A stretch of 64,000 nucleotides of DNA. Source: Octopus sinensis (lineage: Eukaryota). The notes under the pieces were generated by a model. The model was not told where the DNA came from. It saw nothing but the letters and a program-made list of their open reading frames with translations, and did not search any database. Shown here piece by piece: positions 29,410 to 44,009 of this stretch. The translations under genes were made by a program, and so were the position numbers. The stretch is from assembly GCF_006345805.1 (NCBI RefSeq), contig NC_042997.1, positions 78,120,001-78,184,000 of the forward strand. Reading direction: 5' to 3'. Position 1 is the stretch's first letter. Each line of letters starts with the position of its first letter.

Positions 29410-31860
29410 TATCAAAATAACAAACTCGGCATCTGAACAACTTTGGACCCCCATAACAACTGAAGAGGTCACCCAGGCACTGCAAAAACTAAGCAACTGG
29501 AAGGCACCTGGGCATGACAAGATCCCCAACTTCTGGTTGAAATATCTAACAGGAATGCACAAAAAGCTGGCTGAAAACTTTAACAGCATACTAGCAGAGC
29601 CAGAGACAATGCCTGAATGGCTCACGAAGGGGAAAACCATCTTAATTCCCAAATCAAATGAAACAACAAAACCAGAAAACTACAGACCAATAACCTGCCT
29701 CCCTACTATGTTCAAGGCATTTACTGCAGTGATATCGCAAAGGCTGAACAAGCACCTGGACGAAAACAAACTGTTCCCAGAAGAGCAGAAAGGATGCCGC
29801 AAAGGCTCATATGGCTGTAAAGATCAACTAATGATTAATAAAGCCGTAACTGAAGACAGCCACAGAAAGAAGAAAGGCCTCAGTATGGCCTGGATTGACT
29901 ACAAAAAGGCGTTTGATAGCATCCCCCACACATGGATCCTCGAAACACTAGCCATTAACAAAGTAGCACCAACAATCATAAAATTCTTAGAGCACTCTAT
30001 GAATAAATGGCAAACAGTCCTACACCTCCAAACAAAAGAGGGACTCATGAAAACCAAAGACATCCCCATTAGAAGAGGAATATTCCAGGGAGACACGCTC
30101 TCTCCACTCCTTTTCTGCTTGGTACTGTCACCTCTATCTGATATGCTAAATAGAACTGGATGCGGATATAAATGTTACGGCAAAACGATCAGCCACCTTT
30201 TATATATGGATGACCTAAAACTATACGCTGCAAATGACAAACAGCTGGAAACACTATTAAAGACAGTTCATGGATTTACCAAAGAAATAGATATGAAATT
30301 TGGATTAGAAAAATGCGCCAAAGTAACCATGAAAAGAGGAAAACTAGTTAAGAGTAACAATATCACACTAGATAAAACCAATGAAATAAAAGAATTAGAC
30401 CAAAGCCAAACTTACAAATACTTAGGAATCCATGAACTAGATAAGACACAACACACACAAATGAAAGAGAAAATAAAAAAAAGAATATTATAGACGAGTT
30501 AGATCAATACTAAAAACAGAGCTCAATGCTAAAAACAAGATAATAGGTATCAACACTTTAGCTGTCCCAGTTATAAGTTACAGCTACAATATCCTTAACT
30601 GGACACGAAATGAACTGTCCAAAATAGATAGGAAAACAAGAAAAATAATGACAGGATCTAGGATGCATCACCCAAAATCTGACATAGAAAGACTATATAT
30701 ACAACGTATAGAAGGTGGTAGAGGCCTTATACAGCTGGAAAACTACTATAAAATAACCACCATAGGTCTGCAAAAATACCTACTTCAGAAGGAAGGAAAA
30801 CTGATCCAGATAGCAGCGAAACACGAGCAAAACAAAAAACTGTTCTCAGTATTTAAGGAAGCTGACAAATACAAACAAGAAATCATACCACCTAATAAAC
30901 ACAAAGAAGAAGAAGAAGATGATGAAGAAACAACAAAAGCTATAAAACAAATGAAATCCAAACTAAAAATAGAACAGCAACGAACCATGATAAAACGATG
31001 GCAAGAAAAGCCCCTTCATGGTAAATACTGCACTAAACTAAACGCAAAAGAAATAGACAAAGAAAAATCCCAGCAATGGTTGAGAAGCTCAGGACTCAAA
31101 GCAGAGACAGAGGGATTTTTAATTGCAACACAAGACCAAAGCCTCCCCACCAGAAATTACCAAAAACATGTAATGAAAAGAAATATTACAAGTAACTGCA
31201 GAATATGTGGAGATGGACAAGAAACAATAAATCATATTATCTCTAGCTGCCCAGTCCTGGCTAAGAAGGAATATATTCACAGACATGACAGAGTTGGAAC
31301 CTACATACATTGGAAGCTATGCCAACATTATGGAATAACAACAGAAAAAAGATGGTATAGGCACACACCAGAAAAGGTCACAGAAAACGAGAAAGCAACC
31401 ATACTCTGGGATATGCCGATACACACAGATAGAGAAATTAAGGCCAACAGACCAGATATAGTTGTCAGAGATCATGAAGAAAAAAAATGCTTTCTAATTG
31501 ATGTATCAATACCGGCAGATGACAACGTGTCTCTAAAAGAAATGGAGAAACTCTCAAAATACAAAGACCTGGAAATAGAGGTAACTAGAATGTGGAACCT
31601 GAAAACAGAAACAATTCCTATCATAGTAGGTGCATTAGGCATGATAAAAAAATATTAAGACAAATACATAACAAAAACACCAGGACTTACAAACACATAT
31701 AACATACAGAAAATTGCACTACTAGGCACTGCACACATCCTACGCAGAACACTTTCCATACAATAACCATCAGAGCATCACAACAAATCACAGCACATAC
31801 CCAAGGCACACAGAGCTGCGCTCGGTAGTGAAGTGAAATCACGCTATAAAAATAAAACTA

Positions 31861-31865
<5 letters not shown>
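29410..31865 (+). mobile_element. Young 5'-truncated R4/Dong-type LINE (RT + CCHC + restriction-like endonuclease; array copy 4)
   Basis: YRPITCL, DYKKAFDS, FQGDTLSP, YMDD, CRICG..HI..C, RHD and RPDIV. The frame is broken by a +1 in an A8 run (30475-30482) and a TAA at 31656-31658; the natural stop is at ~31766. Flanked by (AAT)n on both sides. Confidence 0.95.
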
Positions 31866-31917
<52 letters not shown>

Positions 31918-31918
<1 letters not shown>

Positions 31919-34150
31919 TTATAAAATAGTAAATTGGAATGGACCAGGCCCGGATGCAGTACAAGGCTATTGGCTGATGAATTTTACACAGTTGCATGCA
32001 AGGATCGCTGTGCAACTGTATGACTGCATGCAGTAAGGTCACGCCCCCGCCTGGATGAAAAGCGGACGAACGCTGCTATAACTCAAGATGCCCTTGAAAG
32101 GGAACTTGGCATCAAATGTTTGACCTATAACCTGTTTACCACTTCTGTGGAAACTTATGACCGGTGTTTTGGCGGAAGGATTATATAACTAACTGGAAAG
32201 TAACAACCTACTTCCAGAAGAACAGAAAGGATGCAGGAAACAAAGTAGGGCAACAAAAGATCACTAATTAGTTGATAAAATGATAATTAGGAATTGTAGA
32301 CGCAGATTGAAGGGACTGAATGTAGCATAGCTAAATTCCAAAAAAGCATGTGACATGGAACCAAACAGTTGGATAAGTAAAACTAAAAAAACGAGCATGT
32401 TTAGAATACCAAATAACTTGGAGAAGATGCTTAATGGAAGTATGAAACGTTGAAATACTGAATTGATCGAAGGAAAACAAAACTCGGAAAAGTGAACATT
32501 AGACGTGGAATATTCCAAGGTGATAGCTTATCTCCATTACTACTCGCAATGACCATAACGCCCCTCACTATGATATTACGAAAAGTTAATACGATTCGGG
32601 AAAAAGAAATGGCCAATTAAATCATTTCCTTTTCATGGATGATATAAAGGTTCATGCAAAAAAACGAGAAACAGCTTGAAAGTCTTGTACATACTATCCG
32701 CATTTTCTCAAATGACGCAGCTATGGAAATAGTGCGCTATATTGGAAATGAAAAGAGGAAGATTTGAAAGAAGGCATGGAAATGAAATGCCAAATGGATA
32801 AAAAATGAGAGCAGTTGAGACAGGACAGTCGTTTAAAAATACTAGGGAATACTGGAAGTAGACGAGTTAAAAAAATTGAAGAAATGAAACAAATGACCAG
32901 TAGGGAGTACACAAGGTGAGAAAAAGAATTATTGCAGTCAAAGCTGAATTCCAAAAATCTTATTGAAGCAATAAATTCAAGAGCAGTACCTTTAATCAGA
33001 TAGGGAGCTGGAATTATAGACTGGACCAAAAGCGAAATAAACTTGACAGAAAAACTAGGAAGTTGTTGACGATGTCTGGAGCCCACCATCAGAAAGCTGA
33101 TATCAACCGGCAGTACTTGAGGAGAGACCAGGGTGGAAGAGGCTTAACAACAGTGGAAGAAGGTGTTCCGAGGGAAAGAAAATGTCAAGTAGAGTATTTA
33201 CAGAGCAGCACAGAAAAACTACTAAAGAGAGTTAATAAAGAAGAGGTGATAAAGCGCATAATAGGACAATGGACAAGAATGAAATACAGAGGGCACGTCA
33301 GACAGATTGAAGAGAAACCTCTGCATGGCCAATTTTGGAGAGTCACTGAAGACGTATGTAGAACAAAATTCTGAGCTTGGTTAAAAAAGGAGCAATTAAA
33401 AAACGAAACAGAGAGCCTAATTGTATCAGTCCAAGATCAAAAGATAAAAACAAACAACCAGTGAAAAACTATATATGGAGAAAATGTGTGAGAAAAAATG
33501 TAAAGCCTGTGAAACTTTGAACGAGACAGCAGCACACATTGTAGCAGAATGTCCGAAGTTTGCACTGGAAGAATATAAGAAATGGAGGCACGATCAGGTT
33601 GTAAAAGTTATAAATTGGAAACTTGGTCAGAAACGGGGATTTGAAGCTGGAAACACATGGTGCAACCATCGAGTCGAAAGAGTACTGGAGTCAGACAAAT
33701 GTAAGATTTTGTGCGACTTTTCTATTCAAACGGACAAGTTAGAAAATAATAGACCAGACATAACAGTTACAGATAAGGAAAAGCGAAGTTGCTTACTTAT
33801 CGATCCACCATGTCCGTTTGATTCCATAATCGTAAAAGAAAGAGGAAGAAAAACAGAAACAAAAAAAATACAATCCCTATTTGTTTTGAAATAGGAAGAA
33901 TTTGGAGCATGAGAACAGTAAAGGCCATGCCTATAATAATTGGTGCGTTGAGAACAGTAAATAAATAAATAGACAAACGGCCGAAGGCGATTGAAATGGT
34001 ATATCTGGTAAAGCTCACAAAGAAAGTTTGTCTCTTAGGGACAGCAAGGATTATCAGGAGAGTTCTAAGCACTTGAAAGACTGCTGAAAACTTGTGGATA
34101 CCTAAGGTTACAGGTAGTAACATGCTACCCACGTGAATCCTACCAGGAAT
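31918..34150 (+). mobile_element. Decayed R4/Dong-type LINE (array copy 5), followed by (GAT/AAT/AAC)n
   Basis: PGPDAVQGYW, PITCLPLLWKL, RGIFQGDSLSP, FMDD, RHDQV and RPDIT; tail at 34175-34480. Confidence 0.85.
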
Positions 34151-34205
34151 AAGACCGAACCTGAGCTAAACCAAAATGATGATGATGATGATGATGATGA
34201 TAATG

Positions 34206-34271
<66 letters not shown>

Positions 34272-34320
34272 TAATAATAATATTAATAATAATAATAATA
34301 ATATTAATAATAATAATAAT

Positions 34321-34351
<31 letters not shown>

Positions 34352-34398
34352 GCAACAACAGCAACAGCAACAGCAACAACAACAACAACAACAACAAT

Positions 34399-34481
<83 letters not shown>

Positions 34482-34483
<2 letters not shown>

Positions 34484-35735
34484 GATGCAATTTGGCCTCG
34501 ATAAATGTACGAAAGATACCTTTATCAAAGGAAAAATGACAGACACATTGAATGTTTACCTTGAACAGCAGAATGTCACAAAGGAGTTAGAACCAGCGGA
34601 GAGCTATAAATACGTTAGGGTATCAAACATTCAGGGATGAGGGAAAGGATCAGAAAAGAATGTTATCGCAGGGTAAGAGCAATACTCAAGACAGAGCTGA
34701 ATGCAAGAAACAGGATCGAAGCGATCAATAATTTAGCCATACCAGTCATGATTTACAGTTTCAATATCATTAACTGGTCAATTACTGAAATATGTAATCT
34801 TGACAGAAAGATACGAAAATTGTTGACAATGCATAGAATGCACCACCCTAAGGCAGATAGATATAGAACGACTTTACATCCCAAGAAAAGAGGGTGGTCG
34901 TGGACTTTTACAACTGGAATTAACAATGTAGATCGTTACAATTGGCCTAGATACCTACCTAAAAAAAAAACTCTGATGACTGGATGTTAAAACTTGTCTC
35001 AAAGCATTGAAAATTAGAAATCATCATACTCAGTAAAAAACCAGGCATACGAATATCTAAGTGAATTCCAAATACAACAAATTCTAGAGTTTGTACTAGA
35101 AACCAGCACAGAAAAAGTTAAGCGTATGAAAACCCGTGCTGAAACTACTCCTTAGATATTCTTACTGGTAAATGGCAAGGAAAAACTCTCAATGGCAAAT
35201 ACCCATTCAGGCCTAATAATGCCGGTCTTGTCAAAGCCTTTACCCATCGATTATTAGTGTCTTCTGACTTAAAATCAGAAACAGAAGGGTTTATCATAGC
35301 AGCTGAAGATCGATGCCTACCTACAAGAAACTACCAGGTAAACATATTAAAGAACGGTAGTAGCCCAACATGTCGTGTATGTCAACAATAAATAGAAATC
35401 ATTGATCATGTTGCTTCTATGTACAGTCTTCTTGTATCTCAAAAGGCATGATAGAGCAGCGCAATATATTCACTGGGTAATTTGCAAAAGCCTGGACCTG
35501 CCCCATGATAAAAACTGGTGAGAACACAAACCACCTCCAGTATCTGAAAATGATCTTCGCCATTCAAACTGACAGAAACACAGATGCGAATAGGCCAGAC
35601 ATTATATTGGAAGACTTCAGACCAAAAATCATGCATCCTCATTATTATGACTGTCCCAATCGTCATAAATGTAACTCTCAGGGCCTACTAAAAACGGAGC
35701 AAATATAACGATCTTGAAATAGCAAAAGTCAAACA
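34482..35735 (+). mobile_element. Decayed R4/Dong-type LINE 3' half (array copy 6)
   Basis: RERIRKECYRRVRAILKTELNARNRIEAINNLAIPV and RPDII; trinucleotide tail at 35735-35830. Confidence 0.85.
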
Positions 35736-35831
35736 TATAATAATGATAATAATAATGATAACGACGACGATGACGATGATGATGGTAATGATGATGATGA
35801 CGACGACGACGACGACGATGATGATGATGAT

Positions 35832-36720
35832 CTTACCCAGGCAGTAAGAATATTTAGCAAGGATATTAATATGACATCCGGAGTGAATAGAATGTGCAGT
35901 TTTAATTATGAAGAAGGTTTGCAAGATAAAATCTGATGGAATAAAAGTACCGCAAGATGATATTAGATTGCTGAATTGAAGGATACAAGTAACTTGGGGT
36001 AGTTCGGGACTATAATGTGATAGTCTTCAAACAATTCAAAAGGAGGATAAGGAAAACTCTCTTAACAACACTTAATGACGGGAATGTTATTAAGGCAATC
36101 AATATATGGGCCATGGTAGAATTAAGAGATGTTCTTTTTCTAAAGTGAGCTACGGTCATTAGATAAAAGAAATAGGACGCTGCTCACAGTACACAATACA
36201 CACATCCTAAAAAATAACATTGACAGTCTATATTTACCTATAATGAAAGAAGGCAGAGACTTGTGAAGTCGTGAAGACGTCATTAGTACTGCGATATTAG
36301 TTTTGAAAAGCTAAGTTGTGTACAGTGGAGAATGTACATTATCAGCGGCTAGAAATATCCCTTAAAGTTAGTGAAACAGTAAGAGAAGACAAGACAAATA
36401 TCTGAAAAGAGAAGGAATTGCCTGACCAATTCATGCAACAAGCCGGTGATGTTGGAAGTAAAGAACGCTGGTTGTGACTCAGATGGAAAACTGAATCGTT
36501 AATTATAGCCGTCCAAGAACAAACCATTAAAAATAATTTGATAAAGACATGGAAATTATTCCTGTGGTAACTGGTACACTCGGCACAACACTCATACTAC
36601 TACTTAACAGGCTGTAGGGAATTAAAATACGCATTGTCGACCTACAGAAAAATGGCATCATGTAATCTACAAAAACTTAAGAAAAATTCTCGAGATTTAA
36701 AGGCCACTTGTCATCATTCA
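35832..36720 (+). mobile_element. Heavily decayed R4/Dong-type LINE fragment (array copy 7)
   Basis: Remnants resembling FSKDI.M..G..KCA, YKYLG, IKAINIWA, IDSLYLP..EGGR and IIPVVTGTLG. Confidence 0.65.
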
Positions 36721-36879
36721 ACAGCATCCTTGCTTATTAAATATCTAACAGTGCAGCAGCAGCAGCAGTAGCAGTAGAAGCAGCAGTAGTAGTAGTAGTA
36801 GTAGTAGTAGAGTTGGTAATAACAGTAATACTAGTACTAGTAGAAGTAGCAGCAGTAGGGTTGCAGCAAATATCCAGCT

Positions 36880-37300
36880 CAATACCACAGATTTGCTTGT
36901 CACTTGTTTGACTTTAATTAGTTGAGCATGTCTCTTAGTGGCTGACGATATCTGCATCTCTGATCACGTGCAGAAGTAGTGGGGGAGCATCATAGTCATG
37001 TATTTAGAGGAATATGGGGGCGGGGTTGAATAACTCTGGAAACATGGGTGTTTCGTTCAACATCCTTAAATAAAACAACCCTTATTCAAGGACCTTTTGA
37101 GGCTACTTGGCTTGAAGAAAATTCTAACTGGGCCCCACCTGCAAGGTCATGCACTGGTTATCGCAATATGAAATCACTATGTCGCGCACATATGGTTGTG
37201 ATGCATGTGCCTGGTGTACCCTTATCAGATGAGTAGTCATGATGGGTATATTGGGATTCGTATGTTTTACCCCAGTGTCGCTTTGATGGCATGTTCTGCT
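36880..37300. repeat. Interspersed SINE-like repeat between (CAG/TAG)n and (AAT)n tracts
   Basis: Non-coding segment with a composition shift, bounded by microsatellites; family not assigned. Confidence 0.35.
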
Positions 37301-37309
37301 CTCTCACTC

Positions 37310-37389
<80 letters not shown>

Positions 37390-37399
37390 ACAATACGAA

Positions 37400-39660
37400 G
37401 AGCGTAATGCGACGCAATAGATATTTTATTGGTTGAACGATATTTCCACAGCTAGCGAGTCTTTGTCGAGTTCAAAAGGATAAGTGATAAAAATTCAAAA
37501 TTATAGAAATTCAAATCCAAAATATGAACGAGAGCAACCAGCGTTGCACATTGATAGATTAACATAATCAGTCTGCAGATTTCAAGTTTACAATTGGCAA
37601 AGAGAAAAAGAAAGAAAAAAGAAAAGGAAAATTACATAAACAATTTTGCGTAATTATGATGAAATTCTGTCATTTTATTCATTCCTACAGAGTGTGGCAT
37701 TAATAACTCGCAAACATATTTCTCCTCATGAATTTTGAGTACTGAAAGTGTAGTAGATTCAGAATATTTTCTGAGAATATGCACTTTCAAGTCTATTTCA
37801 AATTGATGGAAAATGTTCAGCAAGTTCTGTCGAACTACTGTTATTGGTGCTTGATGCCATATCTGTCCATTGAATCTTTTGTTTAATTGTTCTGTTGTAC
37901 AACCAACATAAATCAAGTTGTCTTTGGTGCATTTTGCTGCGTACACCAATTGGGAATCTCGCCACGTCCCACTTTCCGTGTAAATCATAACATTTCCGTT
38001 ATGATTCCTGATGGAATTCACTTGACTCCTGTTGTTGCACAATGAACAGGGCTTACCTCTCTTACGGCTGTTTTTCAAGGTATAGCGTGCAGAAACTCCA
38101 ATGTTAGTTTTCTTGGAGTCAGAAGTAGAGGATAATAGTTCTCTTCTATTTTTATTCCATCTTAAGTCTACAATAGGCGTATGAAGAAATATATTTTTTT
38201 TGAAATGAGAATATTTTTCCGAAGCATAATGGTAACTGTCATGTAATACTTTTTGAAATGCCAGCGAAATTTCGGCGCCAGTTAATCACAAAAGGAATTC
38301 TGTCAGATATTGTACTTTGCCAAAATTATGAGTGAAAATTAGACTTTCTTTGCTAATCATAGCTATGTCATTTGCTATTTCCTTTAATCGTCATTCACTG
38401 TAACTGCAGTTGACATAATGGTGTACAACAGTATTTGCATATTTCCAGTAATCCCCAATGTCAGTACAAATCTATTTTATCCTAAAAAATTGGGATTTCG
38501 GATTTGACCGAATTATATGCGGATGATCGGAGCGGCGGTGGAGATAAAAGGGGAATAACGTGGGCTTGCAAAATAACTCTGTCGCTATTCTGCTTCCAGA
38601 AAACTTAACTTCTGTGACTAAAAATTCAAAGTCAGTTTTGAAAAACTGGACGTAAATTCTATGTTGGACTTAAAGCCATAGTTTTTAGCATAACTGTCAC
38701 AGAAATGCAAGAAGTCAATTAAGCTATCCTGTGATCCTTCCCAGGCAAAAAAGACGTCATCAATGAACCGTAACTAGAGTTTTGGTTCATCACCATGTAG
38801 GGATTTGAATGTCTTTAGTAACTGTGTCTCGAATTTCAGCATGAAGACATTAGCGAAATTAACTGCCATAGAGGTACACATGGCTGGTGGTAAAATTTTT
38901 GTGCAAATTTCATTGTGTTACTTGAAATTTAGATGAAATACTTTTGTTTGACCGTTTTTCGAAGGCATTCATGCATGCGTCTACCCCTTCATCATGATCA
39001 ATGTTGGGATATAAGGAAGAAACGTCCATGGTTACCAAAAAAACTGTTTAAAAAAGTGGTTGATTTTAGACACAAAATCAAAAGTATCCTGAATATAGGG
39101 ACTTGACCTTTTTGCGACAGGGAGTAGAAAGCCATCGAGTGTTCTTCTTTCTGACCTTAAAATCTTGGATTCGGCCCTATTAATGAAATTGTTTTCCTCC
39201 ATTTCCAGAATTATTTTGTCAAGTTCCTCCCTGTAATTGGGGTTTGGATCGACAGGTAATTCTTCATATGAAGTTTTATCACTTAAAACTTCTTCACAAG
39301 CCGAAATCTACTCACTCTTGTCCATAATTACAATAGCGCCTCCCTTATACGCCATTTATATAACAATAGAATCATTATTAACTATACGGCGGAGTGCGTA
39401 ACGTTGAGAACTTGTGAGGTTATACTAGGACTTCTTTCCACTTATTTTAAGGCTTTCCCCAATGCCTGTCTGACAAGATTCAAGCAATTCCAGTGGTGCT
39501 TGTGAACGCCCATCTCGAAATTTATCTGGACACCAACTGGAATTCTTTTCAACCCAATACTGCCAAATTCATCATTTTTATTTTCATCATCATCATTTTA
39601 TCAGTAAGCATAGTATTTTTTGACTGCTCGTACCATTTCTTTCAAAAAAAATTTTCCTTC
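37400..39660 (-). mobile_element. Penelope-like retroelement (RT + GIY-YIG endonuclease), decayed
   Basis: Minus strand: AYKGGAIVIMDK (PLE KPADKG..V motif), TSMAVNFANVFM and FIDDVF. ORF 37632-38078 carries CSLC, VYAAKC..IYVGCTT..L.KRF and E...GMN of GIY-YIG. A 3' region with AATAAA follows. Confidence 0.9.
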
Positions 39661-39808
39661 AGCTTGTGACGGTGGACAAAATGAAATAGCCCTTGAGCTA
39701 GTTTACTCTTGTAGAAATTCTTAGTGCTTGGGCAGAAACTCAGTTCAAGCTCCAAGACGGAGACACCCTCGGGTGAAAGTAATAATAATAATGATAATAA
39801 TAATAATA

Positions 39809-39865
<57 letters not shown>

Positions 39866-40670
39866 CAACAACATTTTCTTTATTAAACAAAAGTACAGGA
39901 TGAGGCAGTGTGGTGTTACATAAAAGTGTGTAAAAAGTAAAATAATAGAAATAAAGAAATTTTAAAATTCCAACAAGGAATAATTCCCCAAAAGAGGGAA
40001 GACATGCGTAGAAAAATCAGAAAACCCTCCGGCTAGACGAATCTATGCCTTGTAAGGCTAAATCAGCTCCCGACCTCAACAAGATGACATTCTCAGCTTT
40101 TCACAAGAAATACAAAAATTCTAACGAAACTTTTTCACAATATAGGAATGAAAAGGAAAAGTACGGAATGAGAAGGAAACGGGATCACGTTTTAAACAAT
40201 ATCGTAGCGATAGGATTATAGTCCAAACTTCGGATAGACTTTACTATGTATTATATTTCAACGATCTAAAGGAGATGGCTCCTCACTTGTTCAAAAGAAC
40301 TTTTTACAGAAGAAATTGGAATCTCCAGCCCAGAACAATTTTGGTGGGTAGCACGCTGGAGGCGTGATCAGGAATGTGAGGCAAGCTGACCAACGCAAAT
40401 GAGGTTTTTAGACAAATATCTTGCTTGAATTATTGTGCATTTTATGATACTTTATTATTCATTTCCTTGTAAATTTTTTGTTTCATTAATCCGTTCAATT
40501 ATATATTGCATAACATCTATCGCTTCTCATCATCCCTGTGTAAGTTCTTTGTTTTACCTCACATGTCTTCGTAAGACCCTTGTATTTTTCTTTGCTTCTT
40601 CGAGCCTTCGTGGTGAATTAAGAAAATATTATCATTATAAAAAAAAAATTATCATTAATATTATATCATA

Positions 40671-41073
40671 GGTGCAGGAGTGGCTGTGTGGTAAGTAGCT
40701 TGCTTACAAACCACATGGTTCTGGATTCAGTCCCACTGCATGGCACCTTGAGCAAGTGTCTTCTACTATAGCCTCGGGCCAACCAAAGCATTGTGAGTGG
40801 ATTTGGTTGATGGAAACTGAAAGAAGCGCGTCGTATATATGTATATGTATATATATGTATTTGTGTGTCTGTGTTTGTCCCCCCCCCAACATCGTTTGAC
40901 AACCGATGCTGGTGTGTTTATGTCCCCGTAAATTAGCGGTTCGGCAAAAGAGACCGATAGAATAAGTACTAAGGCTTACAAAGAATTAGTCCTGGGGTCG
41001 ATTTGCTCGACTAAAGGCGGTGCTCTAGCATGGCCGTAGTCAACTGACTGAAACAAGTAAAAGAGTAAAAGAG
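40671..41073 (+). mobile_element. Full-length tRNA-derived SINE (reference copy of the family in this window)
   Basis: Head GGTGCAGGAGTGGCTGTGTGGTAAG (A box) and GGATTCAGTCCC (B-box-like), internal (TA)/(TG) tract, and (GAGTAAAA)-type tail. Confidence 0.85.
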
Positions 41074-41773
41074 TATTATCATCAGCATCACCATATCATT
41101 ATTTTTATTGCTATCGCTATTGTGTTTTGAGCTTAATGGTTATATCAGACACAGCAATATTCAAATTTATCATTCTGAACTTTAAAGAAAAGTTGCTATT
41201 TTAAAAATATCCGAACACGTGTGAATATTTTATATTTTGTAAACATTCTTTCCCTTTAACATGGATTAACAATGAGAGACATTCGAGCATAAACGTGACA
41301 GCAACCATCACAGACTCAGGAAAAAAATGGTGAAAATATCAATAAAAATTTCAAAAGGAAAAAACACAAACAAAATTTAAATGCACAACATGGAACAAAC
41401 CGGCAGAGTATACACTGAAACGAAAAAATAAAAAACATTAAAAAAACGGGAGGAAGGAGAGACAGCGACGAACAGTAGCAGAACCAGGAACAACAACTAG
41501 AAGAATAATAAAATCTAGAAACTGCAGCTTCCCTGCAATTTCACATTGTTTCGAATAGCCAATCACGAGGTAATAGAACACACAAACGGAGTAAAGAAAG
41601 AATGCAGAAAACAGAAATAAAATCTAATTTTGTATAACATTCAAATGAAAGAGTGTTTGCACAAACCAAATTGCTAATCTATCAAATTCTATAAGTGAAC
41701 CTTCCGGAAAATAAGGCAGAATTCAAGCTTAGAATAAAACTATAAATTTTCAACGTTTATATATATATATATA

Positions 41774-42630
41774 CGAGGTCTGATCAATAAGTATCAAGAC
41801 TGTTGCTATAGTAACGAAGCTGAAGCACACAGAGTGAGGCCCCTCAGTGAAGATTAACTTTCAACTGTGCTGTACATGCGCACTATTTTAACGTTCTAGC
41901 TCAGTTACACAGTGTTTGGAAGGAAGATGTGTAGCGTGTGATCATTGTATTGACCACGACGGAGAAAGTTGTCATGATGATACATACTCAGAGGCATACG
42001 CAAAGTTGCAGAAAGTGTATAAGTGTATGGAGAGGAGTGTATGAACCGCACACAAGTATACGAGTGGTTCAGACGTTTCGAAGATAGCCCAAAAATATGT
42101 CGGTATTGATGAACGTTCTGGGAGACTCCCAACCAGCAGAACTGAGAAAAACATCTCAGTTGTGCGTGCAGCTGTGAAGGGAAATCGTCGAATCGCCATC
42201 CGTGAGTTATAAGATGATGTACAGATTAGTTACAGTTGAGTTAAGTCGATTATCATTGAAGATTTGATGATCGTGTCAAAACTGCTTTCAGCTGACCAAA
42301 AAGATACTCGGATTTCAGTTGCACAAGATCTTCTTTATTTTGTCGAGAACGATAAAACTTTGAAAACTTTGCGTAGGCCTCTGAGCAATAATCACCAAAT
42401 TTTTGGCAAAATTTCATGAAGATTCTCTACGCAACTTTCGCTATAGTAGTCAATGCGCCGATCACATGCTACACATGTTCTTTGCGAGAACTGCTTTAAA
42501 CAGCAGAAGTGAGCTAGAACGTTAAAACTTAGTGCGCATGCACATCAGTGTACGAGGTCAATCTTTGCCAAGTGGCTTCACCCTGCTTGTTTACTTAGCA
42601 ACAGTCCGGATACTTATTGATCAGACCACA
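41774..42630 (+). mobile_element. Internally deleted mariner/Tc1 element
   Basis: TIRs GGTCTGATCAATAAGTATC..GACTGTTGCTA at both ends with flanking TA. Internal remnant NRTQVYEWFRRF..DERSGR..NRRIAIREL (N-terminal HTH). Confidence 0.85.
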
Positions 42631-42647
42631 TATCTTTTTTACCTTAT

Positions 42648-43045
42648 ATCTTTTACTTGTTACAGTCATTTTTATCTGCGCTCATTCTAGGCCACCGTCT
42701 TGAAGGATTTTAGTCAAATCGACCCAAGGCTTATTTTTTAAAGAGTAGTACTTATTTTATCGCCCTCTTTGGTCGAACAGCTACGTTACAGTGACGTAAA
42801 TACACCAACACAGGTTGTCGAGCGGAGGTGGGGGACAAACACAGACATAAAGACATACACACATAGATAAATACGCATACACACACGCACATACAATGAG
42901 CTTCTTTCAATTTCCGTCTGTCAAAGCCACTCACAAGGCTGTGGTCGGCTCAAGGCTATAGTAGAAGACACTTGCCCAAAGTGCCATGCAATGGGACTGA
43001 ACCCGGGACCATGTGATTGAGAAGTAAGCTTCATACCACAGTCTA
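42648..43045 (-). mobile_element. tRNA-derived SINE, reverse orientation
   Basis: Reverse complement of the family at 40671-41073. Confidence 0.85.
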
Positions 43046-43908
43046 CTGCACTCAGAAGGGACTTACAACAAAATTTGGTTGGGTGAGCTCAATATTGACA
43101 TGAAGCTTCTGATAGCTCCAAAGAACTACAAGGTTTCCCATATCTGTACCTTATTAAGGGAGAGAAGAGAACGTTGATTAGTTGTTGGTATAAAGTAGCG
43201 ACCACAACTGCATCACGCAGAATAGTGAAGGTCATTTCAGGACCTAGAAGAACTCGAGGAAAAGCAAGGCAAAATGACGAGGGACAGATACAAAGGCGGC
43301 AACAATAATGGCAGGATCATGGTTGCTGTAACCGCTACTCCCAGAATATCAGCATTTCCCATTTTGAGGATAGCCTGAGTGGAAACGATATGTAAGTGAC
43401 TACTTGAGATTCACGGTTGTCAGAACTGTCAACGGTAATCTGATAGATTTGCTAAATAATCTGAAAGAATATTAAAGAAATATGATAATTGAAAAGGAAG
43501 TAGAGTCCGAATTTATAGAACACCTAAAAGATAGACACATGGTAAAAAATATTACTATATTCCATAAGCCGTTGAAGTTCAAATACTAAAAACAACAACA
43601 AAAACAATAAAAAAAAAATCAGTAAAAATGTGGGAGTGATCTTGCATTAGTAGCGCTGAAGATATTCACAGACGCATTCAGAAAATCTAGGGATCAATAC
43701 CCCAAGTAGAAAGCGGCTGGAGTGATCTGTTCCCATTGTGCATGGGTTTCACTTGTCTGATTTTTGTACTAAATTACAATGTGTTCAATATATTGTATTA
43801 CGTTTTTAACATCATTTATTATATGTACACCACCACATATCGTATAACCATTTGTACATAATGTGTTGTTTTGTATCGTTGCTTGGACACGTGTGGAAAA
43901 TAAAGAAT

Positions 43909-43949
<41 letters not shown>

Positions 43950-44009
43950 GAAGTAGTTGTAGTACAGCTACTACTTCTAAGACTCCGCCGGTTACGACGA
44001 CGAGGGTCC

